From a phage: a DNA stretch of 52,467 nt. Below, in pieces: positions 25,892 through 36,011 of the stretch; position 1 is the first letter of the stretch; the number at the start of each line of letters is the position of its first letter. A program made the position numbers and the translations under genes. Below the pieces are notes generated by a model, which was given only the letters and a program-made list of their open reading frames with translations, made no database searches and had not been told where the DNA came from. Location: the sequence record PZ379545.1; one strand, written 5' to 3'.

Positions 25892-27910
25892 ATGTCAAAG
25901 ACTGAAGATTTGGGTCCAGAGTTTAACGAAACAGTTGCCAGCTATCTCGTTAAGAACTATGGAGACGTACTCAAAGTATCACGAGAGAGATTCTGTATTC
26001 TATCTTTGCCATTGCTCCGTCGCTATATTTCAGAAAATACTGAGATTGTTGATAGCTACGAAGAACAAATTCGTGGCGAGATGGAAGGTCAGGGTGTTGA
26101 CTCTGATGCCGTACTTCGCTCCGTGTTCCATGCCCAATTGGAGCGTCTCCGTTCAGGGGACAAGAAAGATTCAACTGCGTATGCCGACGAGTTGAAGAAA
26201 GGGATTCAAGCAGGTATCACCGACCGTGTAGCAGGCTCTACCTTAGAAGAGAGCACAGCAGAACACGATAACGTTAAAGAGCTTGTAGACAAGATTCTAC
26301 ACGACCCTCTGAACGTTGATGCTGCTTCCATTCCTAAGAAGGTTGCGGACGAAGTTCGTAAAATCCTAATGGGAAGTTTTAAAGTGTTTGGTAAATGGAC
26401 GTTCCATCTTCAGATGGGATTCCCGTTCCAAGCCCAGGACTTCCATGATGTAATATTCGACACAATTCAGCGAGTTGTTGATGGTGAGATTGACCGATTA
26501 ATTATCACCATTCCGCCACGACATTCGAAAACACAACTGTGTGCGATTGCTCTTCCTTTGTATTCATTCTGCCACAATGAAACAAGCCACAACATTATCA
26601 CTTCATATGCAGAAGACGTTGTACTGGAATCGAGCGGCTATATTCGTACAGTTATGTTGGACCCGATATTCCAGAAGATATTCCCGAAGGTTCGCATCGA
26701 CCCTAACAAACGTTCTCTTGAACGCTGGGGTACGACTAAACAGGGCGTAATGCACGCTGTTCCTACTGGTGGTAAGATGACTGGTAAAGGTGCTGGACTT
26801 CTTGTCCCGTCTTATGCCGGATGCTTTGTGGTTGATGACGTTATCAAACCAAAGGATGCATACTCCGACACAGTTCGAGCAGAAATTAACGACCGATATG
26901 ATAACACCTTTATGTCCCGTCTCGCCAATGACGGATGCGTGACCGATTCTCGTGGAAACGAAGTTAAGTGCGCACGTACACCAATGGTTGTAATCATGCA
27001 GCGGGTGCACGACCAAGATTTAGTTGGATACCTACTTCGTGGAGGTTCCTCTGATAAGTACCATTATCTCAACATTCCGGCAATCATTACCAAGGAAGTT
27101 GGGAGTGAGGCTTGGTACGACAAGCTAATGAAGAAGCAGGCATACACACATGCGTTGCCAATCTTGTTCGACTTAGGTCGCGGAGAGGGTGAATCTGCTT
27201 TGTGGTCTTCTCGTAAGAGCCTGGAATCACTTAAGGCAATGCAACTTGCTAACCCATATACATACAACTCTCAGTATGCTGGCGACCCTTCTGCACAAGG
27301 TCATGGCATGGTGAAAGAGGAATGGTGGCAAGAGTATGACCCTGAAACATTTGACCGTAAACGCATTATTCGCAGCTTAATCACTGCTGATACTGCATCA
27401 ACGGACAAAGAGTATTCCGACTACTCTGTTCTCAAGCATTGGGGCATAACCAAAGAAGGTGATGCAATCTGTTTAGATATAATGCTTGGCAAATTTGAAG
27501 TACCAGAATTGAAAGAAGCTGTTATTGATTTCTGGAATAAGTGCACCAAACTTGATATGCGCTGGCCTTCTTGTATTCCCCGTGCAGTATACATGGAAGA
27601 TAAATCTGCTGGTCAATTCCTTAACCAACAATTTATCAAAGATGGTAGCGTTCGTGTTATGCCTGTCCCTCGTGATGGAACTAATGCCAACAACAAAGTA
27701 ACACGATTCATGAACACCATTCCTTATTGGGCGCAGAAGAGATTCTACTTCCCAGCTGGACATAAGCACTTAGAGCATGTGAAACGAGAAGTCCTCGGAT
27801 TTACCTCACTAGGTTCTGGTACTGGTCATGATGACTGTGTTGATAATATATCAGACTTGGTAGCAATTGAATTTTCTGGCCTGAGTGCCAACTACTTAGC
27901 GTGGGTGTAA
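25892..27910 (+). CDS. Terminase large subunit
   Basis: 672 aa, position before the portal; ATPase-like segment ITIPPRHSKTQ and C-terminal acidic nuclease-like region. Confidence 0.75.
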   Translation: MSKTEDLGPEFNETVASYLVKNYGDVLKVSRERFCILSLPLLRRYISENTEIVDSYEEQIRGEMEGQGVDSDAVLRSVFHAQLERLRSGDKKDSTAYADELKKGIQAGITDRVAGSTLEESTAEHDNVKELVDKILHDPLNVDAASIPKKVADEVRKILMGSFKVFGKWTFHLQMGFPFQAQDFHDVIFDTIQRVVDGEIDRLIITIPPRHSKTQLCAIALPLYSFCHNETSHNIITSYAEDVVLESSGYIRTVMLDPIFQKIFPKVRIDPNKRSLERWGTTKQGVMHAVPTGGKMTGKGAGLLVPSYAGCFVVDDVIKPKDAYSDTVRAEINDRYDNTFMSRLANDGCVTDSRGNEVKCARTPMVVIMQRVHDQDLVGYLLRGGSSDKYHYLNIPAIITKEVGSEAWYDKLMKKQAYTHALPILFDLGRGEGESALWSSRKSLESLKAMQLANPYTYNSQYAGDPSAQGHGMVKEEWWQEYDPETFDRKRIIRSLITADTASTDKEYSDYSVLKHWGITKEGDAICLDIMLGKFEVPELKEAVIDFWNKCTKLDMRWPSCIPRAVYMEDKSAGQFLNQQFIKDGSVRVMPVPRDGTNANNKVTRFMNTIPYWAQKRFYFPAGHKHLEHVKREVLGFTSLGSGTGHDDCVDNISDLVAIEFSGLSANYLAWV

Positions 27911-27911
27911 T

Positions 27912-28127
27912 ATGTCTGTAATGACCCGTATTGACGCTCGCTCACAAAATAATAACTCCATCCAAGTCCATGATGCGGATGGAAACATTCTTGCTGTGAT
28001 TGAAGCGGTAAAATCTGTTGAAGAGAGCAACATTCCTAAACTCCGGAATGAAGCAAATCTTCGTGTAACAACTGCCGACGGCATTAAAATTGTCAAAGGC
28101 AATGGCGCAATCTTAAGGAAGAAGTAA
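27912..28127 (+). CDS. Hypothetical small protein between terminase and portal
   Basis: 71-aa ORF tightly packed between neighbours. Confidence 0.5.
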   Translation: MSVMTRIDARSQNNNSIQVHDADGNILAVIEAVKSVEESNIPKLRNEANLRVTTADGIKIVKGNGAILRKK

Positions 28128-29465
28128 ATGGCTTCTACCCAAGACTCACATGTTGGTCGGCACAAATCTCGTAAAGAGAAGAAGTTGGCAGACGGATTAG
28201 AGAACTTAGTATCCGGCATGGGGGGAATTGACGATAAGTCTTCTCACAACCGCTGGACATTCTCTAACAAGAACGCAAACTATCGTGAACTCATGAACCG
28301 CTACCGTGAGGATTGGGTTAGTCAGAAGGTTTGCGAAGTAGTTCCCCAAGATATGACGCGTAAATGGCGGCTCATTGATACCGAAGAAGGGCGACAAGCT
28401 GATGCCGAATTAGGTATTTGTGAACTCTTCAAGATGGGCTATCAGTGGGCGCGACTCTATGGAACATCGTTTGTTCTTCTGGACCTAAAAGGTACAGGTG
28501 CACTCAATACTCCATTGAATCTGGATAAGCTGAAGAAGGGATGTATCAAGTCCTTGAGGATTATCGACCGTTCACGCATGTATGCTGCCGGACCTGTAAT
28601 ACTTGATGCGTTGAGTCCTAATTATGGCCTACCAGAGTTTTACACTCTGTCTGGCTATTCTGGCATGATTCACCATACTCGTTTCTTGCGTTTCGAAGGT
28701 ACTGAACTCCCGTTGTTCGAATTCCAACGAAACATGTGGTATTCTGATTCAGTGTTGATACCGCTGCTGAAAACCATTGACCAATTCTACACAACTGCTG
28801 CTGCTGCAAGTAACCTTGCACAAGAAGCCACAGTAGATGTAGTCTCAGTCGCAGGGTTGCAAAGTCTATTGACCAACCCAGAAGGCGAACAAGCGGTCCT
28901 TAAACGATTCAAGCTCATGAAGTTAGCAAAGAGCATTTATAATGTTCTCATACTTGATGACAGTGAAAAGTACGACACGAAGTCCATTGCATTGTCAGGT
29001 GTTAAAGACCTGATTTGGGAATACCTCAAGATAGTAGCTGCTGCTGTCGGCATTCCTGCTACACGTTTCCTTTCTGCATCTCCAGACGGTATGAATGCTA
29101 CGGGTGAATCCGACCTCGTAAACTATATCGACAAACTGACAGGATTGCAGAACTCAGTCTTCCGTCCTCGATTAAAAATCATCGACAAGATTGTTCAAGC
29201 ACACTACGGAATTGCACCATATAAGTATGAGTGGCGGGATATATTCCCTGAATCAAACGTAGAACGTGCGAAGCGTGCTAAAGACTTGGCTGTTGCTGTT
29301 GACCTATTAGTTGATAATGGAACCATTACAACTGAAACAGCAAACTTAATCATGTGTCACTCCAAAGTATTTGGAGAGATTGAACTTGGTAAGCCAAACC
29401 CTAATCCACCAAACGCAAATACAGGTGCTTCAGATGCGAAATCTGGTTCCAGTAAGGTTAAGTGA
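28128..29465 (+). CDS. Portal protein
   Basis: 445 aa, follows terminase, precedes head genes. Confidence 0.7.
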   Translation: MASTQDSHVGRHKSRKEKKLADGLENLVSGMGGIDDKSSHNRWTFSNKNANYRELMNRYREDWVSQKVCEVVPQDMTRKWRLIDTEEGRQADAELGICELFKMGYQWARLYGTSFVLLDLKGTGALNTPLNLDKLKKGCIKSLRIIDRSRMYAAGPVILDALSPNYGLPEFYTLSGYSGMIHHTRFLRFEGTELPLFEFQRNMWYSDSVLIPLLKTIDQFYTTAAAASNLAQEATVDVVSVAGLQSLLTNPEGEQAVLKRFKLMKLAKSIYNVLILDDSEKYDTKSIALSGVKDLIWEYLKIVAAAVGIPATRFLSASPDGMNATGESDLVNYIDKLTGLQNSVFRPRLKIIDKIVQAHYGIAPYKYEWRDIFPESNVERAKRAKDLAVAVDLLVDNGTITTETANLIMCHSKVFGEIELGKPNPNPPNANTGASDAKSGSSKVK

Positions 29466-29490
29466 TGAAGAGTCTGTTGAGTCAGTAGTA

Positions 29491-30495
29491 ATGTTTGCTG
29501 ACCGCCAGACGATTCAATCAGCACGAGTGTTGCGCGATTCCGGAGAAATGATTGCTCCAGTAACAATCGCTCGCACTGGTTTAATGCAGTATTATGCCAA
29601 AGAGTTAGGTCCGCAATTTGCTGACTTACCTGCCAACCAAATTGTTATGGTTGATACTCCGGCATCTGTTCTGTTTGATGAAGCGACTATTGAGTTGTGT
29701 CGTTCGATGGCTGTTACTATTGGTCATCCTAAACAGGACGTAGATTTAACGAATAACAAAGAACTCCAGAAAGGCTTTGTTGAGGGTGTGCCTATGGCAG
29801 ATGGCTCTCACTTAAGCGGCTACATTGTACTGAACGACAAAGATGCTATTGCATTAGTTGATTCTGGCGTAGACCAAACTTCCTGGGGCCATGACGCAGT
29901 TCTGGAACGCGTCGAGAAAGATGGTGTTGTCTCTGCTGTTAAGACCAAGATTACTTCTGTTAATCACTTGGCGATTGTTCGCCGTGGTCGTGCACAGACT
30001 ACTCGTATCGGTGATTCCGGTGAAGAAATCGAAATCGTTGACAAGGCTAAGTTTGATGTAGTTGAAGCCGAGCGTGACAATGCTCTGGACAAGATTGCCA
30101 AGCTGGAAGCTAAACTGGCTGATGCCTCTGCTTCTAAATTGTCTGACGCCGATGTTCAAGCAATGGTTGATGAACGTGTTGTATCTCGTACAGCGTTGCT
30201 TATGGAAGTGGCCAAGCTGGGTGATGAATATGCCAAGATGGAATTCGCTGCCAAGACTGATGCCCAAATTCGTCGTGAAGTTGTTCAGAAGATTTACGAC
30301 AAGCAGTATGAAGACCGCAGTGATGATTACATCCTTGCTCGCTTTGAAGCTGCATTGGAAGATGCTGATACCGTAACTTTGGGTGACGCTCTTTCACAAT
30401 CTCTGGTTGATGCTGGTAAGAAAGAAAATACCAAGCGTGAACCTTCTCCTGACGAAGCTGCATACGCTCGTCGAATGGCTCGTTACAATAAATAA
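29491..30495 (+). CDS. Head scaffolding protein, possibly protease-scaffold fusion
   Basis: C-terminal half is charged and coiled-coil-like (AKLEAKLADASASKL...); lies between portal and capsid genes. First in-frame ATG after the portal stop is 29491. Confidence 0.55.
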   Translation: MFADRQTIQSARVLRDSGEMIAPVTIARTGLMQYYAKELGPQFADLPANQIVMVDTPASVLFDEATIELCRSMAVTIGHPKQDVDLTNNKELQKGFVEGVPMADGSHLSGYIVLNDKDAIALVDSGVDQTSWGHDAVLERVEKDGVVSAVKTKITSVNHLAIVRRGRAQTTRIGDSGEEIEIVDKAKFDVVEAERDNALDKIAKLEAKLADASASKLSDADVQAMVDERVVSRTALLMEVAKLGDEYAKMEFAAKTDAQIRREVVQKIYDKQYEDRSDDYILARFEAALEDADTVTLGDALSQSLVDAGKKENTKREPSPDEAAYARRMARYNK

Positions 30496-30504
30496 GGGTT
30501 TCAA

Positions 30505-30978
30505 ATGCCGGTACAAGAATGGCGTATTAATACTCGTGAAGCGTATGCTGGTGAACAGTATGGCCTTGCGACCACTAACTCTCAGCGTCTGACCTACAAT
30601 GCAGAAGAAGACATGCTGAACTTTGGCCTTGCAGTTGTTCAAGGCACTGCCGCAAATCAGGTTAAGCCTGGTATTGAGGCTGACGGCACTGTTCTGGGCA
30701 TTACTATGCGTCAGATTAACATCGAATCTGCTACCCGTCCTGGCAATGGCACTGTCAACATCAAAGCTGGCTGGCCTCTGGGTGTAATGATTTCTGGCCC
30801 AATCATGGTCAAACTGGTAACTGCAATCACTGACAAGAACATTGGCGTATCTGCCACTGGTCAATTTGGTGGCGTTGGTGCTGGCTATACTAAGGCAACC
30901 AACCTGACTGCACTTCGTTATCCGGCTGCTGCTGGTGATGTTGTTCCGGTCATGATTAACGTCCTCCCAAAGGCGTAA
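30505..30978 (+). CDS. Head decoration / minor capsid protein, zero-frame product
   Basis: 157-aa ORF with AAGGG RBS; ends in slippery heptamer C CCA AAG just before the stop. Confidence 0.65.
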   Translation: MPVQEWRINTREAYAGEQYGLATTNSQRLTYNAEEDMLNFGLAVVQGTAANQVKPGIEADGTVLGITMRQINIESATRPGNGTVNIKAGWPLGVMISGPIMVKLVTAITDKNIGVSATGQFGGVGAGYTKATNLTALRYPAAAGDVVPVMINVLPKA

Positions 30979-31271
30979 CGCCACCGCCAGCACCTACAGT
31001 ATCTGCTGTAGCTGCGGCTGTAACTGCGGATGCATCTTCTTCTGATGCTACTGTGACTGTGGATAAGTTATTTACATTCGGCAACTCTACAGCAACGGAC
31101 TATAATTTCGCTGTTACACCTGCTGTGACTGGTGTTTCTGTGGCGGCAAACGGCACTGTGACCGTCCTAAATGAGACAACCACTGCCACTTCTGCAACAA
31201 TTAAGGCAACAAACAAAACAGTACCTAGCGTAACTGCAACTAAAGAAATAGTTATTACGCCGAAGCCTTAA
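30505..31271 (+). CDS. Predicted -1 frameshift product: head protein with C-terminal Ig-like (Big_2-type) domain
   Basis: A -1 slip at CCCAAAG (30966-30972) joins the gene to the open -1 frame running to 31271, adding about 99 aa rich in T/V/A/S. Confidence 0.5.
30966..30972 (+). other. Putative -1 programmed ribosomal frameshift slippery site C_CCA_AAG
   Basis: X_XXY_YYZ heptamer in the zero frame, three codons before the stop; -1 frame open from 30960. Confidence 0.5.
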
Positions 31272-31278
31272 TTGTACT

Positions 31279-31299
31279 GGCGCAATTAATAGTTGCGCC
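31279..31299 (+). terminator. Hairpin GGCGCAA-N7-TTGCGCC after the frameshift extension
   Basis: Perfect 7-bp stem; no strong U tract. Confidence 0.35.
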
Positions 31300-31325
31300 T
31301 AATCAACCAATAACGGAATTAATTA

Positions 31326-32330
31326 ATGAAGATTATCAAACTGGCAGACGGTTCTGAATTCGAACTGCGTGACGCTATTGCAACCCTGCAAGACTCTGCC
31401 GCTGTTGTCTTAAGTGACGACGATGCAGTGTTCTTCCAACGTCAGCTTGAGTTCATTGAGGCTCAAACTTACGACACCCTGTATCCTGAACTGGAAGCTC
31501 GTGAAGCGTTCGGTACAGACACCACTGGTGGTGCTGGTATCAACACTCTGACCTACCGTTCATACAACCATGTTGGTAAAGCCCAGGTTATTAACGCCCG
31601 TGCTACCGACCTGCCGAAGTCCAGCATTTCTGGTATTGAAGTATCCATCGCTGTTAAGTCTGTCGGTACTGCATTCGACTACGACATTGATGAAGTTGCT
31701 TCTGCTGCTGTTACTGGCCTGCCGCTGGAAACTCGTAAAGCGAATGCTGCTACTCGTGGTTACGAGCAGTATGTTAACTCCGCTGCATGGTACGGCGATG
31801 CTGCAAACGGCTTCGTTGGCTTCTTCGAGAACCCGGATGTAACCAAAGCTACTGTAGCTGCTGGTACTGGCGGTTCTACCAAGTGGGCAGAGAAGACTCC
31901 GACCGAAGTTATTGCCGACCTGACCACTGCTGTGTCTGCAATGTATGCTTCTACTCTGAAGATTATGCGTCCTGACGAAATCTGGATGCCTGTTGAGCAT
32001 GAGCAGTACATCTTTAACACTGCACGTTCTGAACAGTCTGATAAGACTATCGGTGCATTCTTCATCGCCAACAACCAGTTCATCAACTCCCGCGATAAGA
32101 TTAAAGGTCTGAACGCAATCAAGGGTCATGGTGCATCTGGTGCAGATTGCTTCGTTGTTGTTGCACGTACCGCACAGGGTAACAAGACTTTCCGTCTGCG
32201 TGAACCTCTGCCGCTGACTTGGCAACCAGTACAGTTGCATGGTCTGGTGTACGAAGTACCTGGCCGTGGTCGTTTCGCTGGCTTCCAGGCAATGTATCCG
32301 GCTGCTATCAGCATCAACTCCGGCATCTAA
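31326..32330 (+). CDS. Major capsid protein
   Basis: 334 aa, strongly biased codon usage, positioned after scaffold and decoration genes, followed by a hairpin. Confidence 0.75.
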   Translation: MKIIKLADGSEFELRDAIATLQDSAAVVLSDDDAVFFQRQLEFIEAQTYDTLYPELEAREAFGTDTTGGAGINTLTYRSYNHVGKAQVINARATDLPKSSISGIEVSIAVKSVGTAFDYDIDEVASAAVTGLPLETRKANAATRGYEQYVNSAAWYGDAANGFVGFFENPDVTKATVAAGTGGSTKWAEKTPTEVIADLTTAVSAMYASTLKIMRPDEIWMPVEHEQYIFNTARSEQSDKTIGAFFIANNQFINSRDKIKGLNAIKGHGASGADCFVVVARTAQGNKTFRLREPLPLTWQPVQLHGLVYEVPGRGRFAGFQAMYPAAISINSGI

Positions 32331-32338
32331 GTGTAATC

Positions 32339-32358
32339 GGGCGGGAATCATCTCGCCC
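32339..32358 (+). terminator. Hairpin after the capsid gene (GGGCGGG...CTCGCCC)
   Basis: GC-rich stem directly after the capsid stop; weak U tract. Confidence 0.35.
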
Positions 32359-32375
32359 TTAACAAGAGAAAGAAA

Positions 32376-32819
32376 ATGCAACTTAAGAATACTAAATCTG
32401 GCAACATCCAACTGTTCTTCTACAAAACTCAGAAGGGTGTGAAAGAACCTGTTCTGGATTTTGTGCATATTCCTGGTGGCGCTACTGTTGAAATCGAAGA
32501 CTCTGTTTTCGAAGCATGTCGCAAATCCAAGACTCGCGTGCAGGGAATCAAACTGGTTGAAACTCAACTGGTTGAAGATGCCATTGGTGCACAGGTTCAG
32601 ACTGATAAGAAACCATTGGTCATTAAAGAATATTACGAGACTGGCGAATCACGCGAAGTAAGTCTGGTTGACGAAATGGTTAAAGATGGCACTCTGGTTA
32701 TTCTTCAGCGTGTTGCAGTATCTCAGGAACAAATTGATAAGTTCCTCAACGGTCAGGGCATCTCCATTAAAGACATGTCTGCTGAACAGAAACTGGCTCT
32801 CTACGACAAGTTGGCATAA
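32376..32819 (+). CDS. Hypothetical virion protein
   Basis: 147-aa ORF in the head-tail joining region. Confidence 0.6.
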   Translation: MQLKNTKSGNIQLFFYKTQKGVKEPVLDFVHIPGGATVEIEDSVFEACRKSKTRVQGIKLVETQLVEDAIGAQVQTDKKPLVIKEYYETGESREVSLVDEMVKDGTLVILQRVAVSQEQIDKFLNGQGISIKDMSAEQKLALYDKLA

Positions 32820-33196
32820 TGTTAACACTAACCGATTTGGTAAAGCGTTATCCTGCTATGGCTGAAATGACAGAAGGTCGTTTTGATATTCTGTTGGAAG
32901 ATGCCAAGCTAGTCATGGGAACAATTGAATCACGTTGGTTAGGTTTCTACAATCCAGCTATGGCATCACTGATTGCACATTGGTCTTCAACGATTGATGA
33001 CCTTCTGCCTGGTGATGCCCCGTTGCCTGCTCTTCCTGTAAGTCGTACAGATGTTGATGACGTACAGGTTGAGTTTAGCGACCGAATGATTTCAACTATT
33101 CCTTATCAAGAAGCTGACCTTATGTCTACGGTCTATGGTCAGGCTTATTTGCGCTGGCGTCGTATGGCATTCGCAGGTCCACGAGTTGCGTGGTAA
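32819..33196 (+). CDS. Head-tail connector / head completion protein (putative)
   Basis: 125-aa ORF, position and TAATG coupling. Confidence 0.5.
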   Translation: MLTLTDLVKRYPAMAEMTEGRFDILLEDAKLVMGTIESRWLGFYNPAMASLIAHWSSTIDDLLPGDAPLPALPVSRTDVDDVQVEFSDRMISTIPYQEADLMSTVYGQAYLRWRRMAFAGPRVAW

Positions 33197-33199
33197 TCT

Positions 33200-33565
33200 A
33201 TGATTAATCAGCGCCTAGCTTTTAACAGATATACAACCACTGGAAGACCAACACTTGCTGTATATGTGGAAGGGCATTACGACAACCTAAACAATTGGGT
33301 TGAAGATTCTTGGGAAACTCCTAAGAAGTTTCGATGCACACCTATCGCATATGGTGACAGGGATTCTGGTGTAGCTGGTCAACAGCTTAAAGCCACGGAT
33401 GTTGGTGAACGTCAACCTGCATTCATGAAGATTCATAGTCGTACTGAAATGCCGATGAAGTCCATCATCAATATTTATGGCATAGATTATAAAGTTATTG
33501 CAATAAACGATTATGAAGATGCCGGATTCTTCTCTGTAATTGCCGCTCGCGTATTGGAGAAGTAA
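33200..33565 (+). CDS. Head-tail joining protein (putative)
   Basis: 121-aa ORF, position. Confidence 0.5.
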   Translation: MINQRLAFNRYTTTGRPTLAVYVEGHYDNLNNWVEDSWETPKKFRCTPIAYGDRDSGVAGQQLKATDVGERQPAFMKIHSRTEMPMKSIINIYGIDYKVIAINDYEDAGFFSVIAARVLEK

Positions 33566-34080
33566 TGGATATTCGACTTGAAGAACTACAATCAATGAAA
33601 GAGATTGTAGATGTGTGTGTAGGTATTCCACAATTTACATACAACATGCAGATTAATGCTCCCAGACCACATGGAGAGTATGCAGCAATAAAATGCTTAT
33701 CCAGCATGAATCCGGGATTCGACGAGAACAGAGTAGTAACCATTGGTGGTGAAGAAATGTTCCGTACTCGTGGTGTTCGAATCCTAACATTTGCAATAAT
33801 GTTTTCTCGTGAGGGTGATGAATTTATCAAGTTTGATAATTCGTTTTACCGTCCCGATGTTCAAGCCAAATTGAAGCAGGAGAAGTTTGCTGCTCTTGGT
33901 AAAGAACCTTTAAATCTTGCCACCATACAAATGGAAACCAATTGGGAAGTTCGCCAAGCGGTTAAAATGCAATTCAATATTATTCGTGAAGACTTGAGTC
34001 CAATTGGTGTCATGTCTAACGCATATGTTGGTGGCAACTTCTATGATGGTAATACACTTATCACAACCAAAAAGGTTTAA
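33565..34080 (+). CDS. Tail completion / neck protein (putative)
   Basis: 171-aa ORF immediately upstream of the sheath gene. Confidence 0.5.
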   Translation: MDIRLEELQSMKEIVDVCVGIPQFTYNMQINAPRPHGEYAAIKCLSSMNPGFDENRVVTIGGEEMFRTRGVRILTFAIMFSREGDEFIKFDNSFYRPDVQAKLKQEKFAALGKEPLNLATIQMETNWEVRQAVKMQFNIIREDLSPIGVMSNAYVGGNFYDGNTLITTKKV

Positions 34081-34082
34081 TA

Positions 34083-35531
34083 ATGTCAATTCCAATTTCT
34101 GACTTAGTTCAGGTTGATATTGCAATCTCTCCGAACGCCATTGCTACTGATGGGTTTGGTCCGCTCCTGTTCATGAGCAAAGAGTTTGTTCCGACCGTTG
34201 ACGTGTATCCGGTCCGTTCGTATTCCAGCCTTAAAGAAGTTCTCGCAGACTTCCCAGGTGGCGAGATTGCCAAAGCTGCTACAGCATGGTATTCCCAGAA
34301 GCCGACTCCGAAGACTTTCCTGGTTGGTGCTATCAAGTACGATACTCTGACTCCGGCAACTCCTGCCACTGTAACTGCTGCAACTGCTGCTGTTCTGGCA
34401 ACCATTAAGCTGGAAACTGCTGCCACCCTGCAACTTAGTGTTAGCGGTGTTCAGTATGTTACTGACCCAATTGACTTCTCTGCTGCTGCTGACTTTGGCG
34501 AAGTTGCTACACTAGTAACTGGTGCATTAGCTGCTGTAGGTGCTGGCGTTACTGCAACTCAAGAGGCTGGCAAGTTTAAGCTGACTTCTTCTGCAACTGG
34601 TGTTAACGCAACCATTAGCAACATCGGTGGTAAAGTTGGTGAAGTCCTGAAGCTGCAGTCTTCCGACAATGCTGTTACTGTTAATGGCAAGAACGAACTG
34701 TCTATCTCCACCGACCTGGCAACTATTGCCGATGCTCCGTTCAACTTCTTCTACGTTGGTCTGGACCGTCAGTATCGTGGCAAGTCTACTCCGGTTGACA
34801 ACCAAATGTCTGTTGCTAAATGGTGTGAAGCCTCTGGCAAAGTATTTGGCTGGGCTGACAACGATGCAAACATTCTGATTGCTGGCACTAATAACAGCTT
34901 CCGTCGTGCGAAGAATCAGAACCTGCGTAACACCTTGTGTGTTTATGACGCATCTGTGAACGGCGACGAATATCCAGAAGTTTCTATCCTGGGTCGTGCA
35001 TCCACTGTTAACTTCAACGTTGCAAACTCCGTCCTTATTCTTGCATACAAGAAAGGTCCAGGCATCTCCACTGCTGACTTGTCTTCCGGTCAGGTAAGCG
35101 CACTGCTCGCTTGTGGTGGTAACGCATTTATCTCTGTTGCTGGCAACACCATGTTCTTCAACGGCCGTATGGCTGACGGGACTTGGTTCGATTCAGTACA
35201 GGGCGTTGAATGGCTGACTCAGAAAGTTCGCCTGAACGTGTTCAACTTGTTCTACACCTCCACTACCAAGATTCCTTGGACGGACACTGGTGTAGCAATG
35301 GTTAACCAACAAGTAACTCTGGCGCTTGAACTAGCTAAGACCAACGGCCTTATCGCTCCGGGCTATGATAACGAAGGCACCTTCTACCCAGAAGGCTACA
35401 AAGTTATCTCGACTCCGTTGGAACTCTTGCAGTCGCAGAAGGGTGAACGTATTTGGGAAGGTACTTCCTTTATTGCTATCGGTTCCGGTGCAATCCAGGG
35501 TGCTGTAATTACTGGCAACTTCATTCAGTAA
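34083..35531 (+). CDS. Tail sheath protein (contractile tail)
   Basis: 482 aa, Ala/Thr/Val/Gly-rich, followed by a 151-aa tube-like gene. Confidence 0.65.
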   Translation: MSIPISDLVQVDIAISPNAIATDGFGPLLFMSKEFVPTVDVYPVRSYSSLKEVLADFPGGEIAKAATAWYSQKPTPKTFLVGAIKYDTLTPATPATVTAATAAVLATIKLETAATLQLSVSGVQYVTDPIDFSAAADFGEVATLVTGALAAVGAGVTATQEAGKFKLTSSATGVNATISNIGGKVGEVLKLQSSDNAVTVNGKNELSISTDLATIADAPFNFFYVGLDRQYRGKSTPVDNQMSVAKWCEASGKVFGWADNDANILIAGTNNSFRRAKNQNLRNTLCVYDASVNGDEYPEVSILGRASTVNFNVANSVLILAYKKGPGISTADLSSGQVSALLACGGNAFISVAGNTMFFNGRMADGTWFDSVQGVEWLTQKVRLNVFNLFYTSTTKIPWTDTGVAMVNQQVTLALELAKTNGLIAPGYDNEGTFYPEGYKVISTPLELLQSQKGERIWEGTSFIAIGSGAIQGAVITGNFIQ

Positions 35532-35540
35532 GGGTGAACA

Positions 35541-35996
35541 GTGAAGCAATATTCGTTTTATAATACAGACCTCCTGATTGATGGTGCTCGTGTAGACGGC
35601 TTTCAGGCTGGGCAATCTGTTATTACGGCACGCTACAACGTGCCACAACACGTTCCTGTAATGGATGCATATGGCAAACTTGCTGTGGCAACCACGGCTG
35701 ACCAGTCTGGGGTAATTACTTTCCCTCTGCTGCAAACTGCTGACTGGAACGAAATTCTGTATCAACGTGCACAGCTTACTCGTGCAACTGGTTTGTCTGG
35801 TAACAAATCCTTGTGGGAACCTTTGCAGATTCAGTTGGTGGATAAGATGGGTGACGTTCTGGTTAACGGTGTTAACGGTGCAATCCTGCAACAGCCTGCC
35901 ATTGTTCGTGGTGTAACCTTTACATCCAACATGTGGGCTATCTTTGTAGAGCGCCTCACCATCGTAACTGGTCAGTATCCAGAAATCGGCGTATAA
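35541..35996 (+). CDS. Tail tube protein
   Basis: 151 aa, GTG start with AAGGGTG RBS, directly after the sheath gene. Confidence 0.6.
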   Translation: MKQYSFYNTDLLIDGARVDGFQAGQSVITARYNVPQHVPVMDAYGKLAVATTADQSGVITFPLLQTADWNEILYQRAQLTRATGLSGNKSLWEPLQIQLVDKMGDVLVNGVNGAILQQPAIVRGVTFTSNMWAIFVERLTIVTGQYPEIGV

Positions 35997-36011
35997 CATT
36001 AAGGTAAGAGC

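Noticed and set aside
31560-32567. 335-aa minus-strand ORF antisense to the major capsid gene
   Set aside because: Antisense shadow of a long, strongly codon-biased + strand gene; no start context, and it conflicts with the single-strand gene layout.
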